Shown here: in pieces, positions 18,093-28,300 of the stretch
How positions within the stretch are numbered: the stretch's first letter is position 1
Layout: every line of letters starts with the position of its first letter
Source of the DNA: a virus
Lineage: Duplodnaviria > Caudoviricetes
IMG/VR virus record: IMGVR_UViG_3300022074_007082
Location: 1 to 60,316 of that record
DNA length: 60,316 nucleotides
Strand: one strand, 5' to 3'
Translations under genes and position numbers: made by a program
The notes under the pieces: model-generated
What the model saw: only the letters and a program-made list of their open reading frames with translations
The model's database searches: none
What the model was told of the DNA's origin: nothing

Positions 18093-18829
18093 AAATATTG
18101 ATTTTTGGAGAAAGCTGCAAAGATATCTTTCACTATGGAGATTGTAGCAGGCTTTGTCCTGATGCTCCTGTTCCGGTGTTCAAACTAATAAACACCGTAG
18201 AGACGTGGGGAATGGCTAAAAACGTTGAGAGAAATCTTCTTTCTCTAGGTGCAAGGGTAGATCTAATAACAAATTCCAATAACAAATCAGTCACAAAAGT
18301 CAGGTATATGGATAAAAGAACTAACCATATGTTTCTCCGTGTCGATGAGAATGATGAGTCCTATGGGAAGTTGTCGATTGATAAGCTAGAATCAATAGAT
18401 TTTTCAAAATATGATGCTGTTATTGTGTCTGACTATAACAAGGGATTTATAAGCGAAGAATTACTAGCGCTAATATCAGAGAAGCATGCTACAACGTTTA
18501 TTGACACAAAAAGAAAAATCTCTAATTGGGCAAACAATTTTAAGTTCATAAAACTAAATCACAAAGAATATGAAAACAATAAAGAAAGATTAACCCCTGA
18601 AATAAAAAACAAAGTAATTTTAACCAAAGGTCAATTTGGATCTGAATTCCAAGACAACCTATATTCAGTTCCTACTGTTGAGGTAAAAGATACATCTGGG
18701 GCAGGGGATACATTCGTTTCTGGGCTTTGCTATGAATATGTTCGAACAAATAATATAATTGATGCTATAAAATTTGCTAATCAATGCGCCACGAAAGTTG
18801 TGCAGAAGAGGGGCGTTAGCGTCGTATGA
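18089..18829 (+). CDS. HldA/RfaE domain I-like heptose-7-phosphate kinase (PfkB family)
   Basis: RLCPDAPVPV, SDYNKG and DTSGAGDTF. Start at the ATGA overlap (18089). Confidence 0.85.
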   Translation: MKILIFGESCKDIFHYGDCSRLCPDAPVPVFKLINTVETWGMAKNVERNLLSLGARVDLITNSNNKSVTKVRYMDKRTNHMFLRVDENDESYGKLSIDKLESIDFSKYDAVIVSDYNKGFISEELLALISEKHATTFIDTKRKISNWANNFKFIKLNHKEYENNKERLTPEIKNKVILTKGQFGSEFQDNLYSVPTVEVKDTSGAGDTFVSGLCYEYVRTNNIIDAIKFANQCATKVVQKRGVSVV

Positions 18830-19206
18830 AAAAAGTATTTACCAATGGTTGCTTTGATGTATTACATCGAGGTCATTTTGAGTTGTTAAAATATTGTAAA
18901 TCACTAGGATATGTTATTGTTGGACTAAACAGCGACACCAGCGTTAAGTCCCTGAAGGGCGAGACCAGACCTGTGTTCTCTCAGCAAGACAGGGAGTTTA
19001 TGCTTAGGTCTTGCAGGTACGTCGACGAAGTATATGTATTTGACGAGGACACTCCTTATAGCTTAATAAAACAAACAAGACCTGATATTATAGTTAAAGG
19101 TGGCGACTATACGATTGATACTGTAGTCGGTCATGATTTGTGTGAAGTTAAGATATATAAATATATTGATGGCTATTCTACAACTAAAACTTTGGAGAAA
19201 ATGTGA
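18826..19206 (+). CDS. HldC/RfaE domain II-like heptose-1-phosphate nucleotidyltransferase
   Basis: TNGCFDVLHRGH, GLNSD.SV..LKG..RP, KGGDY and GYSTT. Confidence 0.9.
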   Translation: MKKVFTNGCFDVLHRGHFELLKYCKSLGYVIVGLNSDTSVKSLKGETRPVFSQQDREFMLRSCRYVDEVYVFDEDTPYSLIKQTRPDIIVKGGDYTIDTVVGHDLCEVKIYKYIDGYSTTKTLEKM

Positions 19207-19538
19207 GATACGTATTTGATATTGACGGCACAATATGCGACAAAAACAACAATGATGATTATGATAAGTGTTTCCCTTATTTGGGTAGAATAGGGCTGAT
19301 CAATAAGCTTTATGACGAGGGTAATGTGATTGTTTTTCACACTGCCCGAGGGATGGGAAGACACAACAATAACGCACAATTGGCGATACAAGAGTTTTAT
19401 GCTTTGACAGAAGAGCAGTTGAAAGAGTGGGGCGTTAAGTACCACCAGTTGATTTTGGGTAAGCCAAGCGGCGACATTTACATAGACGATAAGGGGATTA
19501 AAGATGGAGACTTCTTTGCCAATGAAATTTGTTCCTAA
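19203..19538 (+). CDS. Small capless HAD phosphatase, paralogue of 5269-5601
   Basis: FDIDGT, TARG, GKP and YIDDK. Confidence 0.85.
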   Translation: MRYVFDIDGTICDKNNNDDYDKCFPYLGRIGLINKLYDEGNVIVFHTARGMGRHNNNAQLAIQEFYALTEEQLKEWGVKYHQLILGKPSGDIYIDDKGIKDGDFFANEICS

Positions 19539-19863
19539 AGGCTGGGGCTTTGAAAAGTGGATTGTAAATAACGAAGAGTATTGCGGCAAATTGCTTTATT
19601 TTGTGAAAGGCAAGAGGTGTTCTTGGCACTATCACGAATTGAAAGACGAAGTGTTCTATATCCAGTCAGGAAAAATGTTAGTAAAATATTCCGATGGAGA
19701 TGATCTGGAGGCAGCAGAAGAGCTTATCCTCGAAAGGGGCGACAACTTCCACGTATACAGAGGTCTTAGGCACCAAATGATTGCATTAGAGGACACAGAA
19801 TTATTTGAATTTTCAACACAACACTTTGATAGTGACAGCCACAGGATTCATAAGGGAGACTAA
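19504..19863 (+). CDS. Cupin (mannose-6-phosphate / lyxose isomerase-like)
   Basis: KGWG.E, SWHYH..KDE.FY and a downstream H metal ligand. ATG 19522 is an alternative start. Confidence 0.8.
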   Translation: METSLPMKFVPKGWGFEKWIVNNEEYCGKLLYFVKGKRCSWHYHELKDEVFYIQSGKMLVKYSDGDDLEAAEELILERGDNFHVYRGLRHQMIALEDTELFEFSTQHFDSDSHRIHKGD

Positions 19864-20820
19864 ATGAAATTAGTTGTAATTACAGGCTGTTTGGGGTTTA
19901 TTGGCTCTCATGTCGTCAATAAGTGCCTAGGGATGGGCTGGAAAGTTTACGGCATTGATAGCGAAACATACGCAGCAAACCCACAACTTATCAAGACGTT
20001 CAAGGTACACTATAAAAAGCAGTTTACCTTCATTAATTCGGATATTGCAGACCTTAAAATGCTCCCAGACTGCGATTACGTCATTAATATTGCCGCCGAA
20101 ACACACGTAGGTAACAGCATTATCGACAGCAAAGAGTTTCTTAGGTCAAATATTGATGGTGTGTACAATTTATTAGAATTAATTAGACAAAAGCCAAATA
20201 ATGTCGACCGCAGACCAATATTCTTTCACTTCAGCACTGATGAAGTCTATGGAGACATCGAAGATGGCGAGCACACAGAGGATGATTTAGTAAATCCAAG
20301 CAATCCTTACTCTGCTTCTAAGGCAGCGGCTGATATGTTAGTGAAAGCTTGGTCTAGAACGTATGGATTGGAGTATATTATCTTACGACCAACCAATAAC
20401 TACGGATCTTATCAATATCCAGAGAAGCTCATCCCACTTTCTGTTAAGCTTTTACAACGAGGTAAAAAGATTAGACTTCACGACGAAGGCTTGCCTACAC
20501 GTAACTGGTTACACGCCGAAGACACGGCATCTGCGGTCATAAGTATCATAAATAGTGGAAAAACAAACGAGATTTACAACGTTGCTGGGGGCTTTGAGCA
20601 AGAAAACCGTGAGACAGTAAGAAAAGTAATCGAGGTTTTTCACGGACCAGAGGCAAACTGGGAAGATTATGTAGATCTTGGCTTTAAAAGGAAGGGTCAA
20701 GACGTAAGATATGCTCTAAACGACGATAAACTACGTGCGTTAGGGTGGAAACCACAAAAAGTATTTAACGAAGAGATACAAAAAGTGGTACAATTCTATG
20801 TAGATAATTTTAAATGGTAG
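19864..20820 (+). CDS. rmlB: dTDP-glucose 4,6-dehydratase
   Basis: GCLGFIG, AAETHV, STDEVYG, PYSASK, NNYG..QYPEKLIP and RNWLH. Confidence 0.9.
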   Translation: MKLVVITGCLGFIGSHVVNKCLGMGWKVYGIDSETYAANPQLIKTFKVHYKKQFTFINSDIADLKMLPDCDYVINIAAETHVGNSIIDSKEFLRSNIDGVYNLLELIRQKPNNVDRRPIFFHFSTDEVYGDIEDGEHTEDDLVNPSNPYSASKAAADMLVKAWSRTYGLEYIILRPTNNYGSYQYPEKLIPLSVKLLQRGKKIRLHDEGLPTRNWLHAEDTASAVISIINSGKTNEIYNVAGGFEQENRETVRKVIEVFHGPEANWEDYVDLGFKRKGQDVRYALNDDKLRALGWKPQKVFNEEIQKVVQFYVDNFKW

Positions 20821-20827
20821 GAGAACT

Positions 20828-21031
20828 ATGAAACTTTCAAAACAAGCAATGGGATCACTTATGATGGCTCTACAAAAGAGTCTCTTGGAACAAAGCGATA
20901 TCACAGAAACACTCAAAAAAATGGACTTTGTGGCAGCAGTAGAAGAGCAAGATGGCGAAGCTGAACTGTATGTAAAAAATCCACCCTTGGTTAAATTTGA
21001 CAACGAAGACATTACAGAAGAAGGCGAATAA
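20828..21031 (+). CDS. Hypothetical protein (67 aa)
   Basis: GGAGAA ribosome-binding site upstream; fills the gap in the gene run; TAATG coupling to the next gene. Confidence 0.7.
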   Translation: MKLSKQAMGSLMMALQKSLLEQSDITETLKKMDFVAAVEEQDGEAELYVKNPPLVKFDNEDITEEGE

Positions 21032-21273
21032 TGCCAAGCTATGTGTATGAATGTTCTAATTGCAAGGAAGTTATTGAAGTCTTTCATTCGATGAGCGATG
21101 AAAAGACTGATTGCGAGACTTGCGGAGCAAAAAACACACTAAATAAAATACCAGAAGTGCCGATTTATGTAAAAAGCAAAACTGCTGGTAATGTTGTTAA
21201 GCAACATATTGAAGATGCTAAACAACAAGTCCGAGAGGACAAAGAAAAAATGACCAAGGAATATACACGTTGA
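21031..21273 (+). CDS. FmdB-family zinc-ribbon protein
   Basis: MPSYVYECSNC...CETCG. Confidence 0.88.
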   Translation: MPSYVYECSNCKEVIEVFHSMSDEKTDCETCGAKNTLNKIPEVPIYVKSKTAGNVVKQHIEDAKQQVREDKEKMTKEYTR

Positions 21274-21572
21274 ATTTACTTATTTTGTCTTTAGTAATAT
21301 CAGTGAGCATTAACGTGTTATTGATTTGGTATATCAGAAAAATGTTACAGAAGTTGCTTTATGTTTCGGATAGTATTGGGACTTTGATGGTCTCGGCTAA
21401 GAATTTTTCTACTCATCTAGATCGTTTGCATGCTATGGAAATGTACTATGGAGATGAAACTCTTGGTTCCCTAATCAAACACGCAAAAGAAGTGATAGAA
21501 GACATACGAGAGTTTGAGGATATCTATACTTTAACCAATGAAGGCTTAGAGGAAGATGAAGAGCAGGAATAA
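21270..21572 (+). CDS. Small protein with a single N-terminal transmembrane helix
   Basis: LLILSLVISVSINVLLIWYI followed by RK; acidic tail; TTGA overlap start. Confidence 0.7.
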   Translation: MNLLILSLVISVSINVLLIWYIRKMLQKLLYVSDSIGTLMVSAKNFSTHLDRLHAMEMYYGDETLGSLIKHAKEVIEDIREFEDIYTLTNEGLEEDEEQE

Positions 21573-22255
21573 TGCCGAAAGCAAAAAAGAAAAATCTATA
21601 TTTTACACAGGTACATGAAGATGCAATTGTCAGCTACTCTAATACTGACGATCTTAAGATAAGAACAGAACTTTACATTCAATACATTGCACCCGCCTTT
21701 AGTGAGATGGTAGATAAAATTATCTACACTTATAAGTTTACAAACCTGCCAAACATTGATGTTCTCAAAGATGAATGTAAGATCTGGCTTACAACTATTC
21801 TAGACAAATACGACCCCAATAAGGGCTCAAAAGCTTTTTCATACTTCTCAGTCATCACAAAGAATTGGTTTATTCATAAGGTAAAAAGAACCACTCTAGA
21901 GAACAAAAGAGAAGTTCAGCTAGACAAGATCCCCAAGAATGTAGAAATTCGACAATTCACTGTTGTTAATGAATACGAATCCAGAAGAGTAGAAAAAGAA
22001 TTTTGGATGAATTTCTGGGAAGAGGTTAATTCTTGGGAAACAAACAATATGAAGCCGAATGAAGAGAAGGTTTACGAGGCAATTAGGCTCATCTTCTCTA
22101 ATCCAGATCAGATAGATATCTTCAATAAAAAGGCAATATACTTTTACATCCGAGAGATCACAGGTCTCAATACAAAACAGGTCGTAAATAACCTAAACAA
22201 GATGAGAGTTAAGTATAGAGTCTTTAAAAAGAAATGGGATCGTGGAGATTTATAA
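21572..22255 (+). CDS. Phage sigma factor, T4 gp55-like (late transcription)
   Basis: KYDPNKGSKAFSYFSVITKNWF resembles sigma region 2 / gp55 FDP.K...FAYF; C-terminal helix-turn-helix-like REITGL.TKQV. Confidence 0.7.
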   Translation: MPKAKKKNLYFTQVHEDAIVSYSNTDDLKIRTELYIQYIAPAFSEMVDKIIYTYKFTNLPNIDVLKDECKIWLTTILDKYDPNKGSKAFSYFSVITKNWFIHKVKRTTLENKREVQLDKIPKNVEIRQFTVVNEYESRRVEKEFWMNFWEEVNSWETNNMKPNEEKVYEAIRLIFSNPDQIDIFNKKAIYFYIREITGLNTKQVVNNLNKMRVKYRVFKKKWDRGDL

Positions 22256-22273
22256 TACTTTTTTTCCCATGAA

Positions 22274-22281
22274 CTATTTAT
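22274..22281 (+). promoter_or_regulatory. Candidate late promoter element CTATTTAT
   Basis: Intergenic, 7 nt before the ATG at 22289; the same 8-mer occurs in three other spacers. Confidence 0.55.
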
Positions 22282-22288
22282 TTTTGCT

Positions 22289-22579
22289 ATGAAAGACTTA
22301 GAAGCATACATTGACGAAGCAATCAAAAACATAAGAAGTGATCGTGCTATCACAACAACCCTCTTGATGGAACTGATGGAATACATCAAGAAGGAAGACG
22401 GCAGAAAAGAAACTGTCGGCACAATCGCTGCAAAATATGTTGAAACACTACAAAGATCAAACGAACAACTTGTAAAGATCTCCACCCTCTTACAAAAGAA
22501 GGCTGGTGCAGAACAGGGTCTCACTGACGAAGACAAGAGCGAATTGTTTGATCTTATAAAGGAATCTGCTGATGGTTGA
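22289..22579 (+). CDS. Hypothetical helical protein (96 aa)
   Basis: ORF directly behind the CTATTTAT motif, overlapping the next gene. Confidence 0.7.
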   Translation: MKDLEAYIDEAIKNIRSDRAITTTLLMELMEYIKKEDGRKETVGTIAAKYVETLQRSNEQLVKISTLLQKKAGAEQGLTDEDKSELFDLIKESADG

Positions 22580-24332
22580 TCCAGTTAAGGACAAAACGCC
22601 GCCACCAAAAATGAGGGAGCGTAGACTTCTAAATGTTGGATTTGGAGTATTAAATCCTTTAGGGGAATCTCTGTCTGGAAAAAACTTCACACCACATAAT
22701 GTATCCTCTCTCGACGCAGTTAGAAAGTCAACGGTAGATCATTTTTCCGAGCACTTGCTTCAAAAGTCTGGTCATTTCGTGGGCATTGTTCTCAGGGTAG
22801 ATGGATCCATCAAAGACGGAGCCGTCGATCCTAGCCACTGGTCGACGTCCACCAGTTTGTTGGTAAAAAAGGGAGACGAAACTTCAATACCAGATCTCCT
22901 GCAAGTCAGAGTAAGAATCCCTGAATTACACTCCCACTTGCCTGTTCCTGAGTGGTTGCCCCACCCCGAAGCTGGGGGCACTCACGCTGACAAAGCTCAT
23001 GAGATAATAAATATGTATCCTAGTTTTGTGGCTGCCTCTGAGCTTTTAACCCAAAGAGGAGAACCAGAAAGAGGTTCCTTGGTGTGGGTTGATTTTCAAA
23101 ACAGAGCAAACTATTCAGGACCAACTTATTATGATAAAGTTCAGGATATAACTACTTTTGGAACCGGCGAGGAAGAAGGTTCTGCCTCGGAAGAAGATCT
23201 TACATTATCCGAAAGGTTGGATGAAGGGGATTACGTTCCTGAATATGTTGAAGGAACTACCACAGTGGTCTTGAGTCGCGGTCACCCAATCATAAAAAAA
23301 GTATACAGAAATGAAAAAGGAGAATTGAATAAAAGTGCGACTTATGCTCCAAAAAATCAGAGAGAAAATAGGGTGAGATATTTTGCTTACGGAGATCTTA
23401 AATCAACCCCCGGCGCAAAAAATAATCTTGTTGAAGTTCCTGAAAATATGCGTACCAAAAAATTGCAAGTCCATACTTTGCTTCTCGATAGGCTGTTGGC
23501 TTTGAATGAGTTGTGGGCAGAATATTATGAGAAAAATGGATTAGGTAGCAAGACGATACCTTCCGGGGCTCCGGGAGCCGGAAAGCCTTATACAAATACT
23601 TTAAAAGTTACATCAGCTTATAGGAAAAAAGAATATTCTTTTGCTATAGGGGACCCTAGGATAAACGATTTACATTGTCCCGGACTTAAAAAGTATTGCA
23701 GAGATGCGCGAGACCCAAGTAAGGGAATTGGGGGAAGAAAAGCAATGGGATATAAATCTTGTAGATCCGCCCGCAGCGCTGTTGCATTTATGTCTCCCCA
23801 TATGACTGGTCTTTGTGTGGATTTCGGCAATAATGGTATTTCCACAAATGGCAAAAAAAAGTCGGGTATGAGAAAGTCAGAGGCTTATAAGTTTTTATTA
23901 AATTATGCTTGGCTGTTTGGTCTTTATCCCTATAGTGCTGAAACTTGGCACTTTGAATTACAAATGCCTAGAGAAAGTTGGTTTAGTGGATATGAATTTG
24001 CTTCTGGGCTGGATTCTGCGGATCGTGTAAGAGTGGCTGAATTAGAAGAGGGGGCTACTTCATCCCCCTCGGAAGATGCAACATCAATGGACAAATTGAT
24101 AGAAGTCGGAGGCTTAAAGGGAGAAGAGTGGGACTGGCTAGCAGGAAAAGAGTTTGAATATGCCGTGTGGGTTGAAGAGTCTGTCGATTATTATGACACC
24201 CTTACAGGACCGAAGGTCTTCACCAGCAGCAAAGACAAGTTCACGGTAGGCTATAGAGACTCGATTCCCGGAAAAGAATACTTTATCACTTCTAATCTGG
24301 CAATCAAATATTTAAATCCCCCAACTTCTTAA
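22572..24332 (+). CDS. gp5/VgrG-like OB-fold protein fused to an M15 (VanY-like) Zn peptidase; tail-associated lysin
   Basis: N-terminal VRVRIPELH and PERGSLVWVDF (gp5 OB-fold-like); SAYR, SPHMTGLCVD (SxHxxGxxxD) and ETWH. Confidence 0.7.
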   Translation: MVDPVKDKTPPPKMRERRLLNVGFGVLNPLGESLSGKNFTPHNVSSLDAVRKSTVDHFSEHLLQKSGHFVGIVLRVDGSIKDGAVDPSHWSTSTSLLVKKGDETSIPDLLQVRVRIPELHSHLPVPEWLPHPEAGGTHADKAHEIINMYPSFVAASELLTQRGEPERGSLVWVDFQNRANYSGPTYYDKVQDITTFGTGEEEGSASEEDLTLSERLDEGDYVPEYVEGTTTVVLSRGHPIIKKVYRNEKGELNKSATYAPKNQRENRVRYFAYGDLKSTPGAKNNLVEVPENMRTKKLQVHTLLLDRLLALNELWAEYYEKNGLGSKTIPSGAPGAGKPYTNTLKVTSAYRKKEYSFAIGDPRINDLHCPGLKKYCRDARDPSKGIGGRKAMGYKSCRSARSAVAFMSPHMTGLCVDFGNNGISTNGKKKSGMRKSEAYKFLLNYAWLFGLYPYSAETWHFELQMPRESWFSGYEFASGLDSADRVRVAELEEGATSSPSEDATSMDKLIEVGGLKGEEWDWLAGKEFEYAVWVEESVDYYDTLTGPKVFTSSKDKFTVGYRDSIPGKEYFITSNLAIKYLNPPTS

Positions 24333-24349
24333 TAAAATGGTGAATAAGT

Positions 24350-25372
24350 ATGAGTAGTGTAATAGAAAAAAGTCATTTAGAGAATTTATCAAAGAGCTTA
24401 AAAAAAGCTCTAGATCAAAATCAGAGCAGCACAAATCCTGTTACTAGGTCACAATTCTTGGGATATGGTAACGGTAAGAAAATAGAACCTATCCCAAACT
24501 ACGTACAGGCTGAATGTGAAACTGTCTATAAGGGAGCAAACAATTCTTGGATCACTCTAGGGAGAGATAGACCTGCTAGTTTAGCTTCCGGCTATGGTGG
24601 ATCTGGGGACTCTCATGCTGGAGCTATTGATATCTGCGTTGGTCGCGCTGCTAGATCTGCTAGGGCTGTAAATGAAACCTCCTTAACAACTGACGATGAA
24701 ATCATCACTGGTCTTTTGGAAACAGGAACAGTACCCAGTACACGTTTGCAAGTTCATAACGACTTTAAATCAGATGCAGCCAGAATATATATAAGCCAAA
24801 AAACAAATGTTGATGATAATTTTGGTATTGTACCGGGACTTCAAGGAAGTGCTTTTCCAAGATCAGCAATCGCTTTAAAATCTGACTTAGTTAGAATTAT
24901 TGCAAGAGAGAATATTAAACTTGTTACAAGAACCGACGACACTAATTCCCAAGGAGGATCGGTCACTGCTGTTGGTGGTATTGATTTGATCGCCGGTAAT
25001 GATGATTCAGACTTGCAGCCACTAGTAAAAGGCAATAATCTAGTTGAACTTTTGGAGTATATGTTGGAGGATATTAGGATCTTGGCTAGCACAGTTTTTG
25101 ATTTAGCCTTGGCACAACAAACATACGAATTAATTCTTACGGCGCACACTCATCCTGTATTGCCCGGAGGAGATCCAATAACTGCTCCTTCAATTGGCGC
25201 AGCCCCATCAGTAACTGTTGGAATCGGCACAGCAGCAAAATCTATTAAGTCACTAATTACATCATATCCTGATCTTGTGATTACTAATATTAATAGTTTA
25301 TTAGAAGATTTAGAATACTTAAAAGGATTCGGCGGAAAGCATATACTTAGTAAGAAGAACAATACTAATTAA
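24350..25372 (+). CDS. Putative baseplate central spike (gp5 C-terminal / P2 gpV-like)
   Basis: Short beta-strand repeats (ARIYISQ, IALKSD, VRIIAR, IDLIAG), PLVKGN and an HTH (HxH) apex motif; lies upstream of gp25. Confidence 0.6.
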   Translation: MSSVIEKSHLENLSKSLKKALDQNQSSTNPVTRSQFLGYGNGKKIEPIPNYVQAECETVYKGANNSWITLGRDRPASLASGYGGSGDSHAGAIDICVGRAARSARAVNETSLTTDDEIITGLLETGTVPSTRLQVHNDFKSDAARIYISQKTNVDDNFGIVPGLQGSAFPRSAIALKSDLVRIIARENIKLVTRTDDTNSQGGSVTAVGGIDLIAGNDDSDLQPLVKGNNLVELLEYMLEDIRILASTVFDLALAQQTYELILTAHTHPVLPGGDPITAPSIGAAPSVTVGIGTAAKSIKSLITSYPDLVITNINSLLEDLEYLKGFGGKHILSKKNNTN

Positions 25373-25386
25373 TTAACGGTGTAACA

Positions 25387-28300
25387 ATGTCATTAGCTCA
25401 AAGCGCATATTTTAAAGCAAAACCAAAGCAAAATGTGAAGGTAAAAGCAATTGCTTCTATTGAGCTTCCCTTTTACGAAGGTTCTGCAAAGGGTGATTAT
25501 TATGCCGCAAATTCAATCCCTAGTAATGGCGTCCCGAGAAAATTAACTAAAAACGGAGTCCTTTATAGCGACGGTGCATCATCCCCCGTAAATACAACTT
25601 CTTGGATGAACCCCAGTTCAGAATATGGATTCAGGACCCCCGAGGAGCAATATGTATATCGTTACGGCACTGAATATTCAGGCAATAATATAGCTGGAGA
25701 CGCAAGTAGCAATAAGGTTTCCTTCGAGGCAATATATTGTGAGTGGGATAAATATAAATTTTCAAACTTTGTTATCGAATCCTTGGTCGGAAAGGCTCTG
25801 ACACAAGCAATCGCATACAACTATTTTGGTTATCCAATCTCAAATGTTAGCAGAAGAATCGATTTAGATTACGATAATGAGCAAGACATTGCGTGGGGAT
25901 TCGGAAGGATGCCCAATTTAGGTTCGGCAGACCCCCTAGAGCCAGTTCCTGTAGAAGATATGAACATGAATGCCGGATCTATCGGCGGCTTCATTACTCT
26001 AAGGAATAACGGGGCAGACATTTCAGCCGCACTTACAGGCATAAATCCCGTCACTGTCGCCAATGATATTACAATTCTAGATGAAAATACAAACGATGAT
26101 GTTTACTCTAGATATGTAAAGATGCTAGGAGCATACAGAAAGGGCGGCACCACATTTGTTAAAGCAGATGAATTTGTTCAATACTATACAAATTCGCATA
26201 TTTTTGAAATTAGAGATTATCCAGTTAATCAGCCGTCATTGTTCGGAACTCCCCCTGTTTTCGGAGGAAAAAACAACTCAGGTACAAAAGAAAACAACCC
26301 CTCTTTAGGTGAGCATGAAGATTTTGAGAGTGGGAGATCTCCAGATGAAAATTACCTTTTTATTAAAAAATTAGATGCAGAAGGATCTCTAGGATTAATT
26401 TCAGTAGACTTGTCTGATTCTAGCACTTTAAAGTCTATACAGGATAAAGCTAGCGAAAAATATAACAACGTATATCAGCCAGTCGGCAAAACACAAGCGA
26501 GAATGTGGTATCCGAGTTTTCAAACCTCTCTGTCAAGCAGCCCTCTCTATGTGACAATGGGTGGATCAGATGGCATCAAAAGATCAGATTGGTATTTTGA
26601 TAGTGTAAATCTAACTCACGACAATCAATCACCGGATGGAGAGCCAGCATCACTTACAGAGGAGGAAGGCTATAACGCAAACTTTAAAACATCGAACTTG
26701 GTTTCTATGTTTAAGTTAGTGCCAGCAGGTATACCGCAAGAAGAAAGAGATAAGTTTGTAAAAAATCCTCACTTTACTCTCAACCACATATTGCCAAAGA
26801 TGATGGAATATGTAGCTAAAGTTGTTCCACAAAATCCAAGATTTGCTGGTCCAAAGCCTGCATCTGTAGAGCCGGGAGCAAAGACATTCAAGCCCTATCT
26901 TTCTTGGTTTGAAAGTGCGACAGTAAAAGAAGCGGATATTGAAACTAATGATGTTGATTCTTCAGAATTAGAAGAGGAAAACTATTATTCAGGCTGCTCT
27001 CCCATACAAGTTCATAGAGTAGTCTCAGGTAGTTTCTTTGAGTTTCAAACTGGAAGGAAGTACATAAACGCTCCATATTTGGCTAGAGACCCTAGACCAG
27101 AGGTGGTCTTAAACGGAGAATTGACCCCCAATTCAAAATATGAAAAATTAGGCACTCAAGAGAAGAGAGTTGCAAATGATAAATATAGCATCGGATATTT
27201 TAAGAAGTCCACAAGCCAGCCTCCGCAAGTAAACATAGATTATGCTTCTAAGTTTGGTCTCTGGAACAACGACTGGATCGGAGGCTATGCAGCGAAGTAT
27301 TATAAAAAAGACGGTACTTCTCAAAATGATTCGACTGTGCCACCAAATTCAGAGGGATATTCGACATTTACATCGGTGAGACCCGGCGGGTTCATGGTTT
27401 TGCCTAGAAATACTAGAACCATAAAATCAATGCTGAATTCCTTACCAACTCAGAACTTTTATGGTCTTGAAGCTATAGCCGAAGCTATTGATAACGGCGC
27501 TCAATCTTTTGAATTAACAAAATTGGCTTCCGATTTGTGGCTGTCATATCATTTTGCTACAAAGCCAAACGGAATGGGCTTCACTGATAACCTTCCCGCA
27601 TACTATTCAGATGCAATTAGGACGACTTTTGCAGACTGGGACAACGAAGCAAAATGGGTCGACCTGACTTTCACATTGAATACCTTATACGACCAGAAGG
27701 TGGTAAATGGCAGTGATATTCAGTATTTTCCTAGTCCAAGCATTGAGGATGTAGATCCTGCTGAACTTTATGGAAGCAAGTTTTCTTTGTTTAATGATGT
27801 AAAACCATTGTTGTTTTCTGCAAATAACACCAATTATATAAACAAGCAACAGGGCTATGCAGGACGTCCAAAAGTATCTACTGGCTTGCAAGATCCCGGT
27901 ATCCATTCATTCGATCAATTTTTAAATTCACAAAGCATCCAAGACGAGCGCGGCGCAAATGTCCCAGTAAAAGTCAGGAGAGTATCTCAATTAGAATTCC
28001 CGATATGGAATTGGAAAAGAGGCGGCGGAGAGGGCTGGGCTGATCTAGACAGCATTAATTGGCCATCTTTGATTGAAGATCCAGCAAATTCAAATTCCCC
28101 ATATGCAACGTCGGGGTTCAATACTTGGAAAAAGTACGTTGAGCAACAACCTGCATTACTAGAGCAGGCTAGAGAATGTGTCCCTAATTGGGTCAAGTCT
28201 TTAAGGATATATCCAACAGTTAAAGAAGACGCTTTAAAATATGGATTTATACCAAATACTTTACCGATCACTAAGCAAAAGATAATTTTTAAAAGTGAGT

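Noticed and set aside
13-20820. Ordinary bacterial O-antigen or capsule locus
   Set aside because: No export, polymerase or initiating-transferase genes, several miniaturised enzymes, and seamless continuation into phage genes; not fully excluded without upstream sequence
21270-21572. Holin or spanin call for the single-TM protein
   Set aside because: No adjacent endolysin or lipoprotein partner; one TM helix is not enough evidence
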